Origin: the human T2T-CHM13v2.0 reference genome, Homo sapiens
Assembly: GCF_009914755.1 (NCBI RefSeq)
Contig: NC_060930.1
Reading direction: 5' to 3' (one strand)
Length of the DNA stretch: 64,000 nt
The stretch's first letter is position 1. Every line of letters begins with the position of its first letter. The notes under the pieces were generated by a model. That model worked only from the letters and a program-made list of their open reading frames with translations. It ran no database searches and had not been told where the DNA came from. The position numbers were made by a program, and so were the translations under genes. Below are positions 1 through 14,041 of the stretch, one piece after another.

Positions 1-151
1 TAAAATTACAAAAATTAGCCGGGTGTGGTGGTGCATACCTGTAGTTTCAGCTACTTGGAAGCTGAGGTGGGAGGACTACCCGAGCCAGAGAGACTGCAGT
101 GAGCAGAGATAGCGCCACTGCACTCCAGCCTGGGCGACAGAGCGAGACTCC
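1..151 (+). mobile_element. Alu right arm (AluJ-like), cut by window start
   Basis: aaaaattagccgggtgtggtg...gccactgcactccagcctgggcgacagagcgagactcc; J-type gaggtgggagga. Confidence 0.9.
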
Positions 152-839
152 ACACCCCTCCCTGCAAAAATGCATTATCATACTCTACACTTTATCTTGA
201 ATTTAGCTGAAGGCTTTCATAGAAATTCTCCTCTCTGTTTCTCTATCCCTCTGCCTCTTTCCTTTTCTCTACACCTCCAACTAGACATTTCACAGACAAA
301 TCTCTGGAGTAGAGTCCATTCTATGTAACAGCAAGCCCCTCATGCTGTTGGTCACAAAACCACACTGTCAGAGCCAGAGACAGCTGTAAACCCTGCTCTC
401 CCAGATGGAGAGCAGCCGGAGCCGGGATTTTGGTAGAGGGAGTTGGGAATACATTAGGGAAAGTCTAATGAGAACAAAAGAGGCAGCTGAATATTCCCCA
501 CTCCACCTTAGTGTGCAAGAGGGCAGCAGTCCAGATTTTTCATGGCGTTGGGGTCTGGCAGGGTCGTTAGTCTCTATCCAACAAGCATTAGAAAGAAACA
601 GAAAATAACATATATCTGGGGGTGTGCCTGCCTGCCTCTGTCTTGTGCAAACAACAATAACTGGAAAACACGACTTAGCCCCTTACTTGATGGAGGGAGA
701 AATTTGGAACTCTTCTGAGATGATGAAAGAATAGAACTAGATAAGGAAAGTAAAATGCTGTTCCTGGTCTGAAAAAGAGAAATGATTGATCTGTAGTAAC
801 ACCAACTACAAAGAGTACAATCCAGGTAGACTCCTCTGA

Positions 840-1750
840 CGCTGGCACCCTGTCACAGAGAGGGGGAAGAACATCAGGCTTATTCGCATGTGTGCAAATG
901 GCCAAGCACTAATGTAGGAGGACTGACGGGAGTCTATCTATCTGTGGCTTCTGGGTAGACACAGGCAAGCCTAACCCTGCCCGGGCCTGTGTCTGATGGC
1001 GAGGCTTGGTATATACTACAAGCACCTTGTCATTAGGGTTTTATCGTGCTATGGATATGCTAACGATACATTTATAAACAAAGTTTCTAAGTAGTGCAAT
1101 TGCCGAGGAAAAACTGATTGATTTATACAAGTGTGGATTTTTTTTAGACATCCCGTTCCATGCCTTAGGGTTTCTAGTGTTCTCTAGCTGGGCAAGTCCA
1201 GACTCACTTTGGTCTTGTTCTGGGTGTTTTCCGAGGCTGTGCTCGCTCTGTGTGGATGACATGAGTGTGTGTGGAGTTTATGGCTGTGATAAAATACAGC
1301 TCTGGCATTTGCTGTGGTTCCCTATCGAAAGCCACGCTTTCTCGGCACTGGTTGCCTCCCACTGTAGAATCTGAAAATCTCAGATAATCACATTCCTGGT
1401 GTGTTTGTAGCTCAGCAGAGGAATGGCACCCAATCCTGGGCAAAGGAATGTGAAGGTTTCTGGAAAACAGGTTTTCTTCCCCAATTTTCAAAGAGAGGTT
1501 TCTTCCGGTCCCTGCCTTCGTTCGAGGGAGCACGTGATACTTGGCATCGCAACCACAGTCTTGTGAACCTGTGGGAGCAGCACCAAGGACCACGAAGAGG
1601 CTGCCCCAGGGCCCAGGAGTCACTGAATGACTGAGCCAACCTGGAATTGCTTCTCTCTAGGGCCCTTTTAGTCACATATCTTGCTTCTTGCAGAAGAAAG
1701 CATTAACAATGAATTACAGCATATTTAGTCGGCTATGCGTTAATGACAGC
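840..1750. promoter_or_regulatory. Candidate enhancer (TEAD/RUNX/PBX-HOX/E-box cluster)
   Basis: Repeat-free with about 23 CpGs. CATTCC 1391, GGAATG 1420 and 1445, TGTGGTT 1313, AACCACA 1551, CACGTG 1531, TGATTGATTTAT 1115-1126. Confidence 0.45.
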
Positions 1751-1764
1751 GTAGACCCAAATCC

Positions 1765-2110
1765 CCCTTTCAAGGCCCCTCAGGGCTTCTCACTGCAGGT
1801 AGAATAAAGCATGAGGTCCTGAACAATCAGCCCCTCCACCTCTCCAAGCTTCTCAGGCCTTGCTCTATGTTCCCCACGTAGTCTCCTCCTTCACTTTCCT
1901 GTGTGTTCTCACTGTCAAATTCTACCTCAGGGCCTTTGCACACACTGATGAACTGAATCCTATTCCTTCCTCTGCACTGACTTTAAAAGCTGCTTCCTAG
2001 GAATGGCCTTGTTCTCTTACTCAAACTAAAGCAGATGCCTGATGTTATTTTTCTCTGTCAGTTCCCTGCTCTTTCCCTCGGAGGCCGTAGCCAACTGTGT
2101 GGGGCTCCCT
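1765..2110 (+). mobile_element. L2 fragment
   Basis: cagcccctccacctctcc...ctacctcagggcctttgcaca resembles the L2 3' region. Confidence 0.6.
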
Positions 2111-2119
2111 TAACATGCA

Positions 2120-2390
2120 TTCCAGTCTCCTTCTCGAAGGCAGGGCCTAAGACTCAAACTGCCTTTCCCAGGCTCCATTGCAGCTGGGTTCTAGAAATGG
2201 TTGAGATTCTGCCCATCAGACATACCTGTGGGAGGTGGTTTAGACATGCTGCTACATGGTGAGAGAGAGCTGGATAGAGGGGTTCATCTGACTGGCCGGG
2301 GTCCTGGCAGAGGATGTGAGATTCTCTCCTTAACAAGGGCAGGAGCTCCCTCGGTGGCCTAGTTCTGCAATAGTTGGGGGCGATGATCTT
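2120..2390 (+). mobile_element. Old MaLR LTR fragment (MLT1-type)
   Basis: tttcccaggctccattgcagctggg...gattctgcccatcaga. Confidence 0.45.
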
Positions 2391-2999
2391 GGAATTTTGG
2401 CCTAGAGTTGTTTCTTTAGGCCTCTTTAGAATATGGAGCTAGCTGTACTCTTAATGCACGCCTGTCTGCTTAATTTGTCTATAGTGTATCCTGTTGTCCA
2501 TAATTACAAACTTTGACCCATAAAGCAATAGTCATTGCAATTTGTAATTATATATTCATTTCATACATTTCCTAACACCCTGGTATCTCTAACTAGCCTC
2601 TGTGCTCTGAACACTTAACATAGGGTACAGTGTCTCTAGCTCAATATTTACTGATGGGTAAATAAGTAGACAATTGAGCAAAACCAGACATTGCATGTAA
2701 AGTTAGAAGAAAAGAGAAAGTCCTGAAGTTGCATCTTTGATATTTAAATCTTGAGTGATTTGAAAGAAGCCAGAAGCTGACATTTACAATAAGTTCCCAA
2801 CTTGCTCAATTCACCTGGCAGGCTCATCGCTGTGATAGCCAAACTAGAACAGAGGTCCAGGGAATATGAATTCCAACTGTTATTAAATGCAATAGCAATC
2901 TTAACCGTAGGATTTTTGTTTCTCAAGAAACATAATTTGTCAGGAGAGATTTCTCAGAGCCTTTCCTGTTCCTCCTAAGAGAGTATATCCCACTCTGAG

Positions 3000-3180
3000 A
3001 TGCTCTCTGGTACCATGGAACTCTCCATCAAAGGTGCAGCCTCACATTCTCTCCTGGGCAGTTCCCTGATTCGACTGTCATGCCCACTTGACTGTCAGAT
3101 CCATGAGGGCAAGAGCGCACATTGCACAATGCCTAGCACACAATTAGCACTTGGTATATGTTGGCTGAAGAACAAATGGG
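3000..3180 (+). mobile_element. L2 3' end
   Basis: gactgtcagatccatgagggcaagag...aatgcctagcacacaattagcact. Confidence 0.65.
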
Positions 3181-3904
3181 TTGTACTGCATGTTATTTAA
3201 TCACAAATTTTGAGGAATTTCACACAGGACTAAAATTAGTGTTATATTTACACTAATTATTGAGTCAGATGGCTCTTTTTCTGGCTTATTTGTGTGTGCA
3301 CATTTTAACTGCATGTCTTACACATGTAAAAATATTTTTTTTATACAGGCTGCAGCCTTCTTCCATTGTTGCAGGCTCTCTCTTCTACTGTGGGACTTTC
3401 CCCTCTCGAATGCTGAAAATAGCAAAAAAAAGTGTGTCTCTCATTCTCTTTCCCCTCACTCTTTGCAGCTAGGCTTATTCCCTGAGCCCTCTCTCTACCT
3501 GATGTTCTCGCTAAATGCTTATACTCTCTGAGGTCATCCATTGTTTGAGTTATTCCTGACAGACTCTCACCATTATAAGTATTAAAGGGGAGGAAGAAGG
3601 GGCTGAGGAGACTGAAGGGAAAAGGGGAGAAACCCCTCATCTCAGAAAACCCCTCCAGAAAGATCATCTCTTTAGGAAACAAGGCAAAACTGCGGTTGGT
3701 ATTTCTCCACTGTGGCCAAATATTTTGACTCAAAGTCTGATGTAGCCCATGTTTAATTCTGCTCTGTTTATTGATGTATGTTTCATGAATGGGAATAGAG
3801 TTTGCTGTTTTACTCCAATATGATTTATAGTACATTTCTTCTGATACATTATAGGCATATATGACTGGCATATTATTTGTGCATATAAATAATGTATTTC
3901 CTCT

Positions 3905-4227
3905 TCTTTTTTTCTTTTTTTTTTTTTTTTCCAGAGACAGGGTCTCACTTTGTCGCCCAGGCTGGAGTGCAGTGGTGTGATCATAGCTCACTGCAGCCTT
4001 GACCTCCTGGGCTCAAGCAATCCTCCAGCCTCAGCCTCCTGACAGCTGGGACTATAGACGTGCATGACCATGCCTGGCTACTTTTTAAATTTTTTCTACA
4101 GAAGGGGTCTCACTATGTTGCCCAGGCTTGTCTGGAACTCCTGACTGCAAGCAATACTCCTGCCTTGAACTCCCCAAGTGTGTTGGCTCACGCCTGGAAT
4201 TACAGGTGCAAGCTACCACACCTGGCC
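3905..4227 (-). mobile_element. AluJ
   Basis: Poly-T then gagacagggtctcac...gatcatagctcactgcagccttgacctcctgggctcaagc (J diagnostics); ends cctggcc. Confidence 0.95.
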
Positions 4228-4544
4228 CTCTTCTCTTTCAATTACTCCTTCGATGCTTATAACTGGCACCAATGTCCAAGATCTTTACTGACTCCAGGAG
4301 CCCCTATGAGCACACAGATCATTAGACTCTCAGTTTTACTCCCCAAGTAGTTGGGATGCCCTAGTTCTGAAATGCTCTTCCTTGCAACCGGAGTTGAGGA
4401 CCCTGGTATCTTCTCATGTCCTTCCTTCTCACCCATCTTCTTGAATACGACTCCCCAACACATGGACACACAAGCATGTGCATATACACACACACACACT
4501 CTTCACCCATCCATAAGGTCCATGCTCCCCAGGGATTCGGGAAT

Positions 4545-4850
4545 CTAGAGGGTGCTGTCAGCAGCCTGTCTGGGGCCATAAAGCATAACTGCCAAGCTGC
4601 AGGATTGAAGACAAAATTCCGATGCAAAGATAGGAGCACAGATAGGGACATACAAAGGCAGATGGCACCATAGCCCAGGAGCCCTAGATCCCTGGATCCC
4701 TGGGTATGTGTGAGCAAAGGGGAAGGGAGTGGTAACGGAGAGGGTGAGAAACTCATGCAGCTATTTTGTAGTACCTTCAACTCAGGACTCCTCAACCTCT
4801 TAAAAATCAGTTTCATCTTAACTTGGTTTAACCAAGTTTGCCTTCAGTAA
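4545..4850 (+). mobile_element. MLT1 (K/L-like) LTR fragment
   Basis: gagccctagatccctggatcc and a terminal ttaacttggtttaaccaagtttg...gtaac segment similar to old MLT1 3' ends. Confidence 0.45.
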
Positions 4851-4880
4851 CAGTAATTTTTTATTTAAAAGTTTTATTAT

Positions 4881-5507
<627 letters not shown>

Positions 5508-6322
5508 AAAAACATTTTATTATTGGCAGTATTTGGGTCATGCAAAAGAATATATGTAACATATCTCAGTATTGTCACACAATGACAACACAAATACTTG
5601 TGAGGCAATGAAGTTCACATGTCAATGCTGAGCCCCGTATCTCAAGTGCCCCTAACTTTTCATAGTCACATGACATTCCTTTTACAGAACATACAAACTT
5701 TCATGCTAGATATTGAAAAGAAGTCTAAAAATGCAGCTACCAGGGGGAATCAACAAGTTGGTATGAATGAGCTTCAGGCAAGGCATAAATGGTGGCAGCC
5801 AGTTATGAGAGGGTTGGAAGGGGAAAGGTTCTTCAGGCCTGGGGGATGAGGGGCAGGGAAGGATTCATACCTCCTAAGGAGGAGGAAGAAAGGGGGGCTA
5901 GATATTAAAAAAGAAAATGCCCCAAGTTTTATAAGACTTCTCCCACACGTGCACCCCACTAACTGTCTCTATTCAGAGACATATAAAAATTGTGGACAGA
6001 AGTACTTCAAAATCTGTTTCGTCACAGGTGAGAAAGTACACAGCTTTGTAGAGACTATTTCCAAGATGGTAATATTTATATCGGCAATATTTATAATTTA
6101 TGGAGTGCATATTGAGTGTCTTATGCTAAACTCTGGGGCTATAACTCAGAAAAATGAGATTTAGAGCTCAGGCATGCTACAGCCCAGAAGGCAGACAGAC
6201 AAGAACTTAGAAAATTCCAAAACAGTCTCAAAGGGTGATTCTCTTACTCCAGTTTGATACACACTTCCACTGCATCCTAGAGCCTCTTCAGAATTAAGAT
6301 AAAACATTTCTTGGTGCAGTAG

Positions 6323-6780
<458 letters not shown>

Positions 6781-6819
6781 GAAAAGAGGCAAGCATGGCG
6801 TGCTGAGTGGCCAGTAACC

Positions 6820-7530
6820 ATCCTGGGGGTCAGAGAGGCTTTGGGGAAGAAGTGATATTTAAGCCGAAACCTGAAGGAGAAATGGTATTTAGCCAGGTAA
6901 AGAAAGAGCAACGCTTCAAAAGCCCAGAGGCAAGAGCTCTTGGAGCAGCCTGAGGGTACTGGAAACGAAACTGCATGGCTGAAGCTTACAGATGCTGCTC
7001 TGTGCATGGGCTGTTGTGCAAAGTAGAAACTTCTCATCTCGAGGTGAATAAATTGCAGAAGGGCGTCCCCTCTCTAGGCCAACCAATGAGAAAAAAGAGA
7101 CTTCCTCTGGGATGATTGAGTCTCTCCGCTGTGCACCAGGAGGCTGAGGTCAGCCTCTATATGAGCCTTTGTCGGGGAGCCCTCCTGTAGGATGCCACCT
7201 GCACAGGCATGCCCAGAAGCCTTGGGAGGAGGGAGGAGGGTGCCGAGAGCTGAGTTAGATCTTGGTAAGCAGGAGCTGACTCAAAAACAGCTTTTATGGC
7301 ACTCTAAGGAGTTTGAACTTTGCTCTATGGGCAGCGATGCACTTTTGAAGAACTTTAACCTAACAGTGACTCTCTTACAGAAGTTCGTTCAACAGACATT
7401 TATTGTGCTCCTGCTTATGCAAGAGGCACACCAGTACATGCGGTTCTGGGGGTACACATGGTGAGGAAAAGAGACACGGTACCTGCCCTGGTGGAATTTA
7501 CGCTTTACTAGTGAAAGAACGCATACTGGG
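6820..7530 (-). mobile_element. L2 fragments (antisense)
   Basis: ggtcagagaggctttggggaagaagtgatatttaagccgaaacctgaagg; ttcaacagacatttattgtgctcctgcttatgc. Confidence 0.6.
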
Positions 7531-7584
7531 GGACAAGTAAGAGACAGAACACCGTGAGAGCAGCTTGAACTAGAGGGAGAATCT

Positions 7585-7730
7585 GTTAAACAATCCTGCA
7601 AGGTCAACGTGGTATTCTGTTTTCCAGATAAGGAAACTGAAGGTAGGGAGGTTTAAGTAACTTATCCAAGACCACGCAAGTGAGCTTCAAATGCACTTCG
7701 GTGTGATTTCAAATCCCATATCCTTGTACT
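7585..7730 (-). mobile_element. MIR
   Basis: Core ttttccagataaggaaactgaag...aagtaacttatccaagaccac. Confidence 0.75.
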
Positions 7731-8562
7731 ACAGAGATAAGAACAAAATGATGAATAATATGTTCTTAAAAAAAACCTGAAACATGAATATAGAAAAGAT
7801 GTATCATTACATTTACACACACTCACACACACACACACTCACACCCACACATCCCCTTTATCTTCCTTCCCACTCACCCATGCACATATACCCTAGTGAA
7901 ATAAAACCCGACCCACCTTACTTTTCAGGAAACACAGTCTGGAAAATATTTGTCAGGACGTGGCCAATGGCTTAGCTGTAATCCCTATATGGGCCTATTC
8001 AAACTAGTTAATTCTTTCCTGGGGAAAGCCATTCTGTAATTGCAGACCTTGTCTCTTAACTTAGCAGAGCCTCTGACAGGTGGATGCCATTTACAGGGTC
8101 CCAGAGCTGTGAAAAGCCAGTCTGACTGTCTGTTTTAGAACTCTTAAGTTCAGGTAAGCAATTTTGTAAATTAATGTCAGTTATCTCTCTTTTTTTTGAA
8201 GCTGGTTGGGGTAGAAACTCCATGTTCCAAAATTTTGTCACCCTGACCAATAAAATGCCCCCTGCTTTCAAACACAATCAGACCTGCTTTAGGGGAGGAT
8301 CGTCTGTGCTTTGTTTGAGCCTTGATTAAAATGGAGATCAGAAAGACTCACAGATGTCTCTTCTCCAAACTCAATAAACCCCAGGTCCTCTTACTTTTCA
8401 TCTTACATTTTCTCTCTTTATAAAAGTATTCATTTCTCTTCTTTGAATTATCTTCTTTCAAATAATTTCCTTCGTTAGAAAAAATGTAGGAATATGCATT
8501 TTGGGAAACAAGAGCTACCAATGGTAATTACAATTGATTTTTATTATTCATGAGATTCCTAT

Positions 8563-9187
8563 TATTATTATTCTCATTGCAGTTATGTTCTACAGGATCA
8601 CTACGAACACTGAATGAGTGAATACTGAACTACATTGCTCCTAGGAGAAAAATAGGGTTAGGTTCCTGCAAACCTCTGGTCAACTGGCCAATACATAACC
8701 TTGTTTTATGTGTATTTCTGTTGAAAAACACCTTATGTAACATATATTATTGATTCATTAACATTGAACTCACATCCAGCGGCCATATAACTCATGCCTG
8801 AATGAAGCTTATCTAACGCATGTATTTTCTCTGTAAGGCACATCACAGCCTTCTGGCATTTAGGGACACCAGGCAGCGCTGTGCTCAGGGGCCATTTTGA
8901 ACAGTGAAACCACCAACAAAAAGCACAAAAATGTGAAGAACGTGGTACAAAATTGATGGCAAAAAGGACACCTGTTTACAGGATAAGGGCTGAAACGAGA
9001 AGGCCTAGTGTCACCTTGTTTGACCTCAGGTAGGAACGTGTGGGTTGGTAACTCGAATTTTTCACCACTCTGCATGTCCATGAATCTCTCTGAAAGCCCC
9101 ATGAATATTGATTTTGAGGTTACAAATAAACTTAAGCAAGCAGGTGAATTGGCAAATACGGAACTTCTGAATAATGAGAATTGACTG
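8563..9187 (-). mobile_element. MER82 (TcMar-Tigger non-autonomous DNA transposon)
   Basis: ttgctcctaggagaaaaatagggttaggttcctgc...aataatgagaattgactg followed by TA. Confidence 0.85.
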
Positions 9188-10430
9188 TATTTGTTCTTCT
9201 CTATTAAGTAACGGGGTCTGTTGCAGATGGAAGAAAGAAAGGGTGAAAGATTTTTGGAGACTCAGGAGACTTTTTTGAAAATGATTTGCCCAAGGCACAG
9301 AACCAAAACAGTAGTTCATTGGCCTAAGGTGGAGAAATATAATTCCTTGCATCTCCAGCAATCTGTCTGCAGTTCTCTCCCTGTGAAAAATGACTTGCCA
9401 TAATATACAAGCCTTGTTACTATGTAAGTGTAATTATATTTTAATAAAAAATAGATTTATAACCAAACAATAAGCCGTGAGATTAACAGCCCAGAACTGG
9501 CTGTGAACTTTCAGCCATCTAACCCTGGCACTCCTGCTTCTCCGCAGCACTTACTTTCTGCCAGGAGTGGGTGATTGAACACCACTGACCAGGAAGGGCT
9601 CCTGGGAGCCACATTTTTTGCTTGGCATTTTTAATTGTAAAAACCAGTGTTCCACCAACACTGCAATTCAACGAATCAAAAGTCAAATCCATGCTTAACA
9701 GGAAAAGATAAAAGCATCAACTTAAAGGAATGAAACAAATTTGAAAAGCAATGGAAAAGGAAACTCATATGGAGTGAAATCCATTCAAGACACGTTTTAT
9801 TGTTTTTCCCATATGCATTTGCTGCCCAGCTTTGACTATTAAACATTATTTTTTTCTTCTACTAAAACTAAACAGTAATTTGACTTCTAGATTCTTCCAG
9901 GGTCGTGCTCTGAACAGAAGCAAAATGGAAATATTTCAGTAGCTTTTTAGACAACTATTTCAAAAGCAAACACATGGTTGTCTGCAGAGTTGTAGGTTAA
10001 AGCTATAAATTTATTTTATTAAACAGAGAGGAATTGGTGAAACTGAAAGACACTATAACCCTGACATTTTCATGAAATAATATTCTTGTCTGATTTTTTT
10101 TTTAGTTTTTACTCAGATATCACTCAAGTTACACATAAATGGTAATTTTTCTTTATAATAAGCTTCCATCTCTTGTATAAATTTAATGTGTTCAGTGATG
10201 ACTGTGGATAAAGTCACCTAACGGTGATTTTCTAAGGGAGGTAAACTTTATTGTCATAATTTCCTGGTTATTACCTAGTAAAACAAGTTTTTAAAAAACC
10301 AAAAAACAATAGACTTAAAACCATAAAGACTTTTTTAGCATTCAGATTAAATAAAAGAAAGGGTAAAATGTTGACATTTTCCTAAGAGATACCAGTTCTT
10401 CACATTTTTATATAATCTCTTAATATGAAG

Positions 10431-10631
10431 CATATAATGTGTATATTATAATTATATATTTTATATTTTATTATATAAAATTATAATATAATATAATAAA
10501 GTGTTTATATTTATAATATAATATAATAAAGTGTATATTATATTATATTTATAATATAATATAATAAAGTATATGTTATAATTTTATATAATAAAATATA
10601 AAACATATAATTATAATATACACTTTATATG
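10431..10631. repeat. AT-rich inverted repeat (60-bp arms, 81-bp AT spacer)
   Basis: 10431-10490 is the reverse complement of 10572-10631 with 3 mismatches. Confidence 0.9.
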
Positions 10632-11704
10632 GTAACACGATCATAGTCTCTACCAATACATATATCTGATTAGATCACCATATGGGAAGTCTGTTCATAT
10701 TTTTAGTTATTGGGTTTTTTTTTCACCAAGCAATAAAATGTCCAGTATCAAATAAATAAGGGTCATATGATTCCCAGATGACATGACCAGGGTACTCATA
10801 AAATTCAGAGAAGCTGAGTCAGATCATTTCAAGAGGACAAATGCAGCGCTCCCCCAAATTCAGTAACTTGTGGAATGTAGCAATCTTGTATTTTCTCTGA
10901 GCCAAGCAGCCTGATGCTGTCAAACTCATCTTTCATTTCCTCTGCCTTACCGCAGTGTTAGTGGTTTCGTTATTAGAAGGAAAAAAATGCATAAATGTCT
11001 TAGTTAAGATGAAATTGCATCTATTAAAATAAAGTTGATCCTAAATGATTCTTTCACTCAAAGTATTAATAGACTAAAGGAAAATGTTGCAAACTATGAA
11101 TTAGTGGTATAGTTTATGAACGGTAGCTGTTGTGATTCATGCATATGCCTTTTGGTTACCTTATAATGAAAGGTTGTTGGGTACAGCCTTCACATCAATG
11201 AGAAAATCAACAAAATGTTCTTGAAAAGACGACTGGCAAACTTTCTTTTATTTTTCTGTTCTCATTAGTAGAAAGAGGGACAGGTCACTTTCAGAAGGAT
11301 TAAAAGGTCAAAAAATTTGGTGAAGGGATGTCTACACAAGCCTTTAGAAAGCTGTTATCAGAGGATCAGCTAGAAAACAATCTTAGAGCTAATCCTTTGG
11401 CTGGATCCAAAGAAAACCCAGCAGATTTAAGTTTTCTCTTTTTTCTCTTTGTTTTCCTTTACAGGGGTATTTCCCACAAAAGCCTTTCAGTTGCCTTCAT
11501 CCAAAGTTATAGGTCCTGAGTCCTTTTCAGCTCTTTTATTCTGTCTCCAAGCCTAGCCCTTCCTAGCTCTGTCCTCCTACCTTTTCCTGATCTTTTCCAT
11601 TTTGCTTGTTTTCATCAGGGGTTCCCCCTAAATCCCTCTTAGCATCCCCTAAAGCCTAAATGTTCATGGATGGAGAACTTCTTCTGAGGGAAAAACAAGA
11701 CTGA

Positions 11705-11850
11705 TTCACAGAATTCTAGCATTAAAGAGGACTGTAGAAATTATCTAGTCTACCCGCCTTCTTCCTCCACCATTTTACAGGTAAACAGAATTCACGAAAT
11801 TGCCCAAGGTCATGTCCAGGTAGCGACTGCACCAGGACCAAAGCTCTGTC
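11705..11850 (-). mobile_element. MIR (b/c)
   Basis: tagaaattatctagtctacc...cattttacaggtaaacag...ttgcccaaggtca. Confidence 0.7.
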
Positions 11851-12744
11851 AATAATAACTGCAAATTGGTTGCAAAGTCCTTTGGACAATTCAAGCTGCT
11901 CTACCTACCTAAGGCACTATGATTATTATTATTATAATACAGATGTTATTATACAGAGCCGACCGCATGGGCAAGATTGCTGCTGATGATGTGTGTGATG
12001 CCAACTCACCAAGACCCAGTGGCATCACGCTGGCATGTTGAAAATAAAAAGGGGTGACATCTGCTTTACATACAGAGCCTCATGACCTGTACTCATAGCT
12101 GGAGGCATCAGTCATTGCACTACGAGAGGAAGTGGGCTTTGAAATACCTTGGGGTTGATGTCCCAAGAACACCCTTCTTCCGCTCCTCCTCCCTGTACTC
12201 CTTGAACTGCTGCTCATGGGAGCCTGAGTAATACAGAAATTGGAGGACAACCACACAGCACAAGTGTAGGTTTGACAGGAGTTTACATAATGCTGTAGGA
12301 AAAGAAACCAAATAAAGGCTTCAGCTTTGCTGAGGCTCTCCCCATCCCCCTCACATGCCAAATGCTCCTTGTGTGGCTCACACTCCTTGGTCTTCAGTCA
12401 GAGAGGCCAGGAGCCCACCTATACATCTGTATCAGGGTTAGGAAGTTGGCTCTTGTTAACAATGTTGAATGCACTTTGCTATTCACTACTTTTGTGGTTA
12501 GAAAAGCCTCCTGATATCAAACTTTAGAATCAAGCACCACCTTGTGGTCTGATGCATTTATTAAACTGGCACAATTTGAGAGCTGAAACTGGAAATGCTC
12601 CCTCAGCTGGTAGTAGAGAGCCAGGATCTGAAAACTGACTCCCAGGTGGCTGCCTGGAAGCAAGAACCCCCAAGGTGTCTTTCTGCTGCTTCTCTGGGTT
12701 CTCAGACCAGTTAACAATGGCATCCCCTTTCATGGGGTGAATCC

Positions 12745-12976
12745 CATGTTCCTGACACTAACACATTATGCTAGATATGTATAGTAAGTAGCCAACTTAA
12801 TCCTTTCAAAACCACAGGGAAGTGTTTCTTATTACTTCAACTTTTAAGTGAGGAAACGGAGGCGGAGGTCACTTAGTGGTCCAGTCACAGACAAATGGCT
12901 GGGCTTGGATTGACTTGGAAGTCAAGTCTTTCTGAAGCAAAAGTCTCTGCTGTTAAACACTGCTCTGCTGACCTCT
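12745..12976 (-). mobile_element. MIR
   Basis: ttaatcctttcaaaaccac...gtgaggaaacggaggc...caaaagtctctgctgttaaacact. Confidence 0.7.
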
Positions 12977-13429
12977 AAGGCCAAGACCAAGACCAGGGTC
13001 CACTTCAGGCTCTTTTGGGGCATTTTGGCTCTTGGCTGCAAACCCAACCAGAACTGCCAGAATCCTACCTGGAACTCACTCAAGGTGCTAGAATTAACCT
13101 GTTCTCCAAGGTTACATTGATCAGGAAGGTTTGCATTCAGAGATGGGGACTTCATTGGTGTCCATGGACCTACTGAGATAGCCAGAGTTTAGGAGAAAGT
13201 TTGGCTTTTGAGGATGGGCCAGACAGCAAGTGACCAGACTCTAGATCATTCATGAAGAAACAAAACCAGAAAGAGATATTTGACAAACATTCACTTGGAC
13301 AATTACAGTGCTTCCTGAACCGAAATTCAGTTATTCTTTAAAAGGATGATTTTATCATATTCATTGTTTGAAGGGGAGGATTGGAGTATCTGCTTGGCAA
13401 GTGAGTAGTAGTAATGTGGGCCAAGTCAT

Positions 13430-13570
13430 GTTAGAAGGGAGATCTCGCCCCTGGTCTTGTTCCAGTGATACCATAAGTGTTCTTGGGTAAGTCACTTCTT
13501 TGTCTCTGGGTCTCCATTTTCTCATTCGTAGAATAGGGGTTGGACTTCACTAAGAGGTAGATGGTTCTAA
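13430..13570 (+). mobile_element. MIR
   Basis: ttgggtaagtcacttctttgtctctgggtctccattttctcattcgtagaatagggg. Confidence 0.7.
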
Positions 13571-14041
13571 AGTACAGCGCAATTGTATGGAAAATGTGAG
13601 GCAGGAACCTCAGCTTTCTCCGTTTCCTTAGAAAGTCTGTCCTGCTCAGGCTTCCCTCCTATTCTCCACTGAATCTGCTGCTAATTTTGGTAACATGGTG
13701 ACTTCCACATAGCAATGTTTACTAACATGTCTAAGGACAATGATTATCGGGAATATATGCTTCTCTGTTTTTCCAAAGTAGATAAATCCATATAGTTCAT
13801 AACTCCCTGACTCTCCATACACCAAAAAGAAATACAAAAAGTACCATGAAAAGAGGAAGCACTGCCATGAACGGTCTCCCCTTGAATGGCTAGTATGTAA
13901 TGCCAAGACAGTGCCTGTTCATTTCAAAGCCTCTCCCATTCTAGTTCCTTCCTGTGCTCTCACTCCGAATTTCTTACTTGAGATCGCTATTGGTTGAGCC
14001 ATTCTTTTAACAGATAATCTGTACTACAGTAGACTCTAAAA

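Noticed and set aside
513-527. CTCF-like gtgcaagagggcagc
   Set aside because: Lacks the conserved 5' CC of the motif; too weak without data.
1204-1623. 139-aa and overlapping ORFs in the CpG-retaining block
   Set aside because: Several overlapping frames on both strands with no domain similarity; better explained as regulatory DNA.
3341-3991. Longest ORF (216 aa, minus strand)
   Set aside because: Starts in an Alu, poly-K comes from the A-tail, and there is no recognisable domain or splice context.
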